Assembly: GCA_033442325.1 (NCBI GenBank) | Contig: JAWQFM010000007.1 | Location: forward strand, 1,600,225 to 1,664,224 | DNA from: Salpingoeca rosetta | Lineage: Eukaryota > Protista > Choanoflagellata | Direction of reading: 5' to 3' | Length of the DNA: 64,000 bases | In this document: piece by piece, positions 62,814-64,000 of the stretch | Position numbering within the stretch: position 1 is the first letter of the stretch | Layout: each line of letters opens with the position of its first letter | The notes under the pieces: model-generated | The model's input: the letters and a program-made list of their open reading frames with translations, nothing else | The model's database searches: none | Told to the model about the DNA's origin: nothing | Position numbers and translations under genes: made by a program

Positions 62814-63330
62814 GAACATGTGTGTGCGAGCAAATGTGTGTGTGCGTGTGCGTGTGCGAGCGAGCAAATGTGTGTGTGTGTGTGTGTGGGTCCGTAGCAG
62901 CCTTTGACCTCGTAACGCACCACACACGTGCGCCATGTTGCTGGCTGCAGGGATTCATGGTGCTTGGAGCGTGCACGACGCGGTTTCGTCGATCCATTGA
63001 GCCGTTTCAAGCCTACGACCTCACGTACGCAGCGTGCGTGTGTGTGTGTGTGTGTGTGTGTGCGTGTCTGTCTGTCTGTTTCACGCCCTCAGCGCACAGA
63101 GAGCCTTGTTGCATGTTTCGTTGGCTGGGAAGCGTGGGTGTGCTCACCCCGCAACGACACCGCCTTTCATGCCACACGCCATGTCACAGCTCGCAGGTGC
63201 TGTGTTGGGATGAAAGCGCGTTCTATGTTGAGCAGCGCTTCGTCACGAAGGACGGATTTGTCAGGGTGAGGCGATGCCAAGGGAGGGGGCGAGAGTGCAG
63301 GCAGCGGAGGGACTGTACATGTGTGTGTGT

Positions 63331-63385
<55 letters not shown>

Positions 63386-63739
63386 CGTACAAGTGTGTGC
63401 GCGCTTTTGTTGGGCTCACTCACACTCGCTCGATCTCTGTCTGCATGCTGGTTTTGTTTGTACCGCTGACGTGCGTTCATTGCGGTGTGAACACGCGCAC
63501 CAATGCACCATCATTCGTGCAACAGGCCATTTTCTTTGCCAAGCAGGCGATAGTCAAGACCACAACACACGATGTTCTCAAGGAGCTCGGCTTCAAGGTA
63601 TGAGGTGTATGCGCGGGCGTGTATGTGTGCACATGCACATCTGTATGCCATGCGCCAAGTTCTCATCACCGTCCTTGACTCCTTCCCTCCGTCAAACACA
63701 CACACACACACATCCACATACACACACACACATCCACGT

Positions 63740-63782
<43 letters not shown>

Positions 63783-63952
63783 CTACCCACCCCCCCCCCC
63801 CCCCACCACACACACACACATACATACACTCCCTACCCTTGCCCGCGGAGCAGGACACAACGAGCCCGGCGCCGCCAAAGCACTTGGTGGACTGGATGGC
63901 GTTTGACAAGGAGTGCCGCCGCGTCCTGCGGGTGGAGGCAAAGCTCGAGTAG
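61725..63952 (+). CDS. THEM6: THEM6-like hotdog-fold thioesterase (multi-exon)
   Basis: TM segment plus 'LDVLYFVR'; 'TDLDWN|LHMNNAR|YPRECDIAR'; 'RFRRSIEPF'; '[19 protein letters not shown]'; stop at 63952. Confidence 0.9.
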
Positions 63953-64000
63953 ACTCAACACACAAGACGCACCCACGCAGGCATGCGCACGCACGCACGC

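Overview
Eukaryotic, gene-dense and intron-rich genomic DNA. Introns are packed with (GT)n/(CA)n/(GTT)n/(CT)n microsatellites, and there are two assembly gaps. The style and gene set fit a choanoflagellate such as Salpingoeca rosetta (inference). Almost all long ORF-track entries are microsatellite artefacts, so genes were rebuilt by hand from GT-AG exons. Seventeen protein-coding genes are supported: an SH3-MIU-PTB adaptor (partial), an OMS1-like methyltransferase, 6-phosphogluconate dehydrogenase, HRS/Vps27, TEX47/DYBLUF-like, a Q-rich double-C4 zinc-finger protein, TGS1, a DFR-like SDR, a myristoylated PDZ protein, an RDH-like SDR, cyclin E-like, SMIM12, an atypical MAPKAPK5-like kinase, a C/EBP-like bZIP, VAC14, RING1/RNF2 and THEM6. 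Main highlights: (1) three tandem box C/D snoRNAs of snR13 type whose terminal stems differ in sequence but still pair; (2) a spliced protein whose eight cysteines follow a nuclear-receptor DNA-binding-domain-like pattern, in a lineage believed to lack nuclear receptors; (3) a ~290-nt highly base-paired island in the last TGS1 intron that sequesters the acceptor of a candidate frameshifting cassette exon; (4) a BLUF-like ciliary gene with an RFX-type motif. Family assignments come from remembered motifs, not from database searches.
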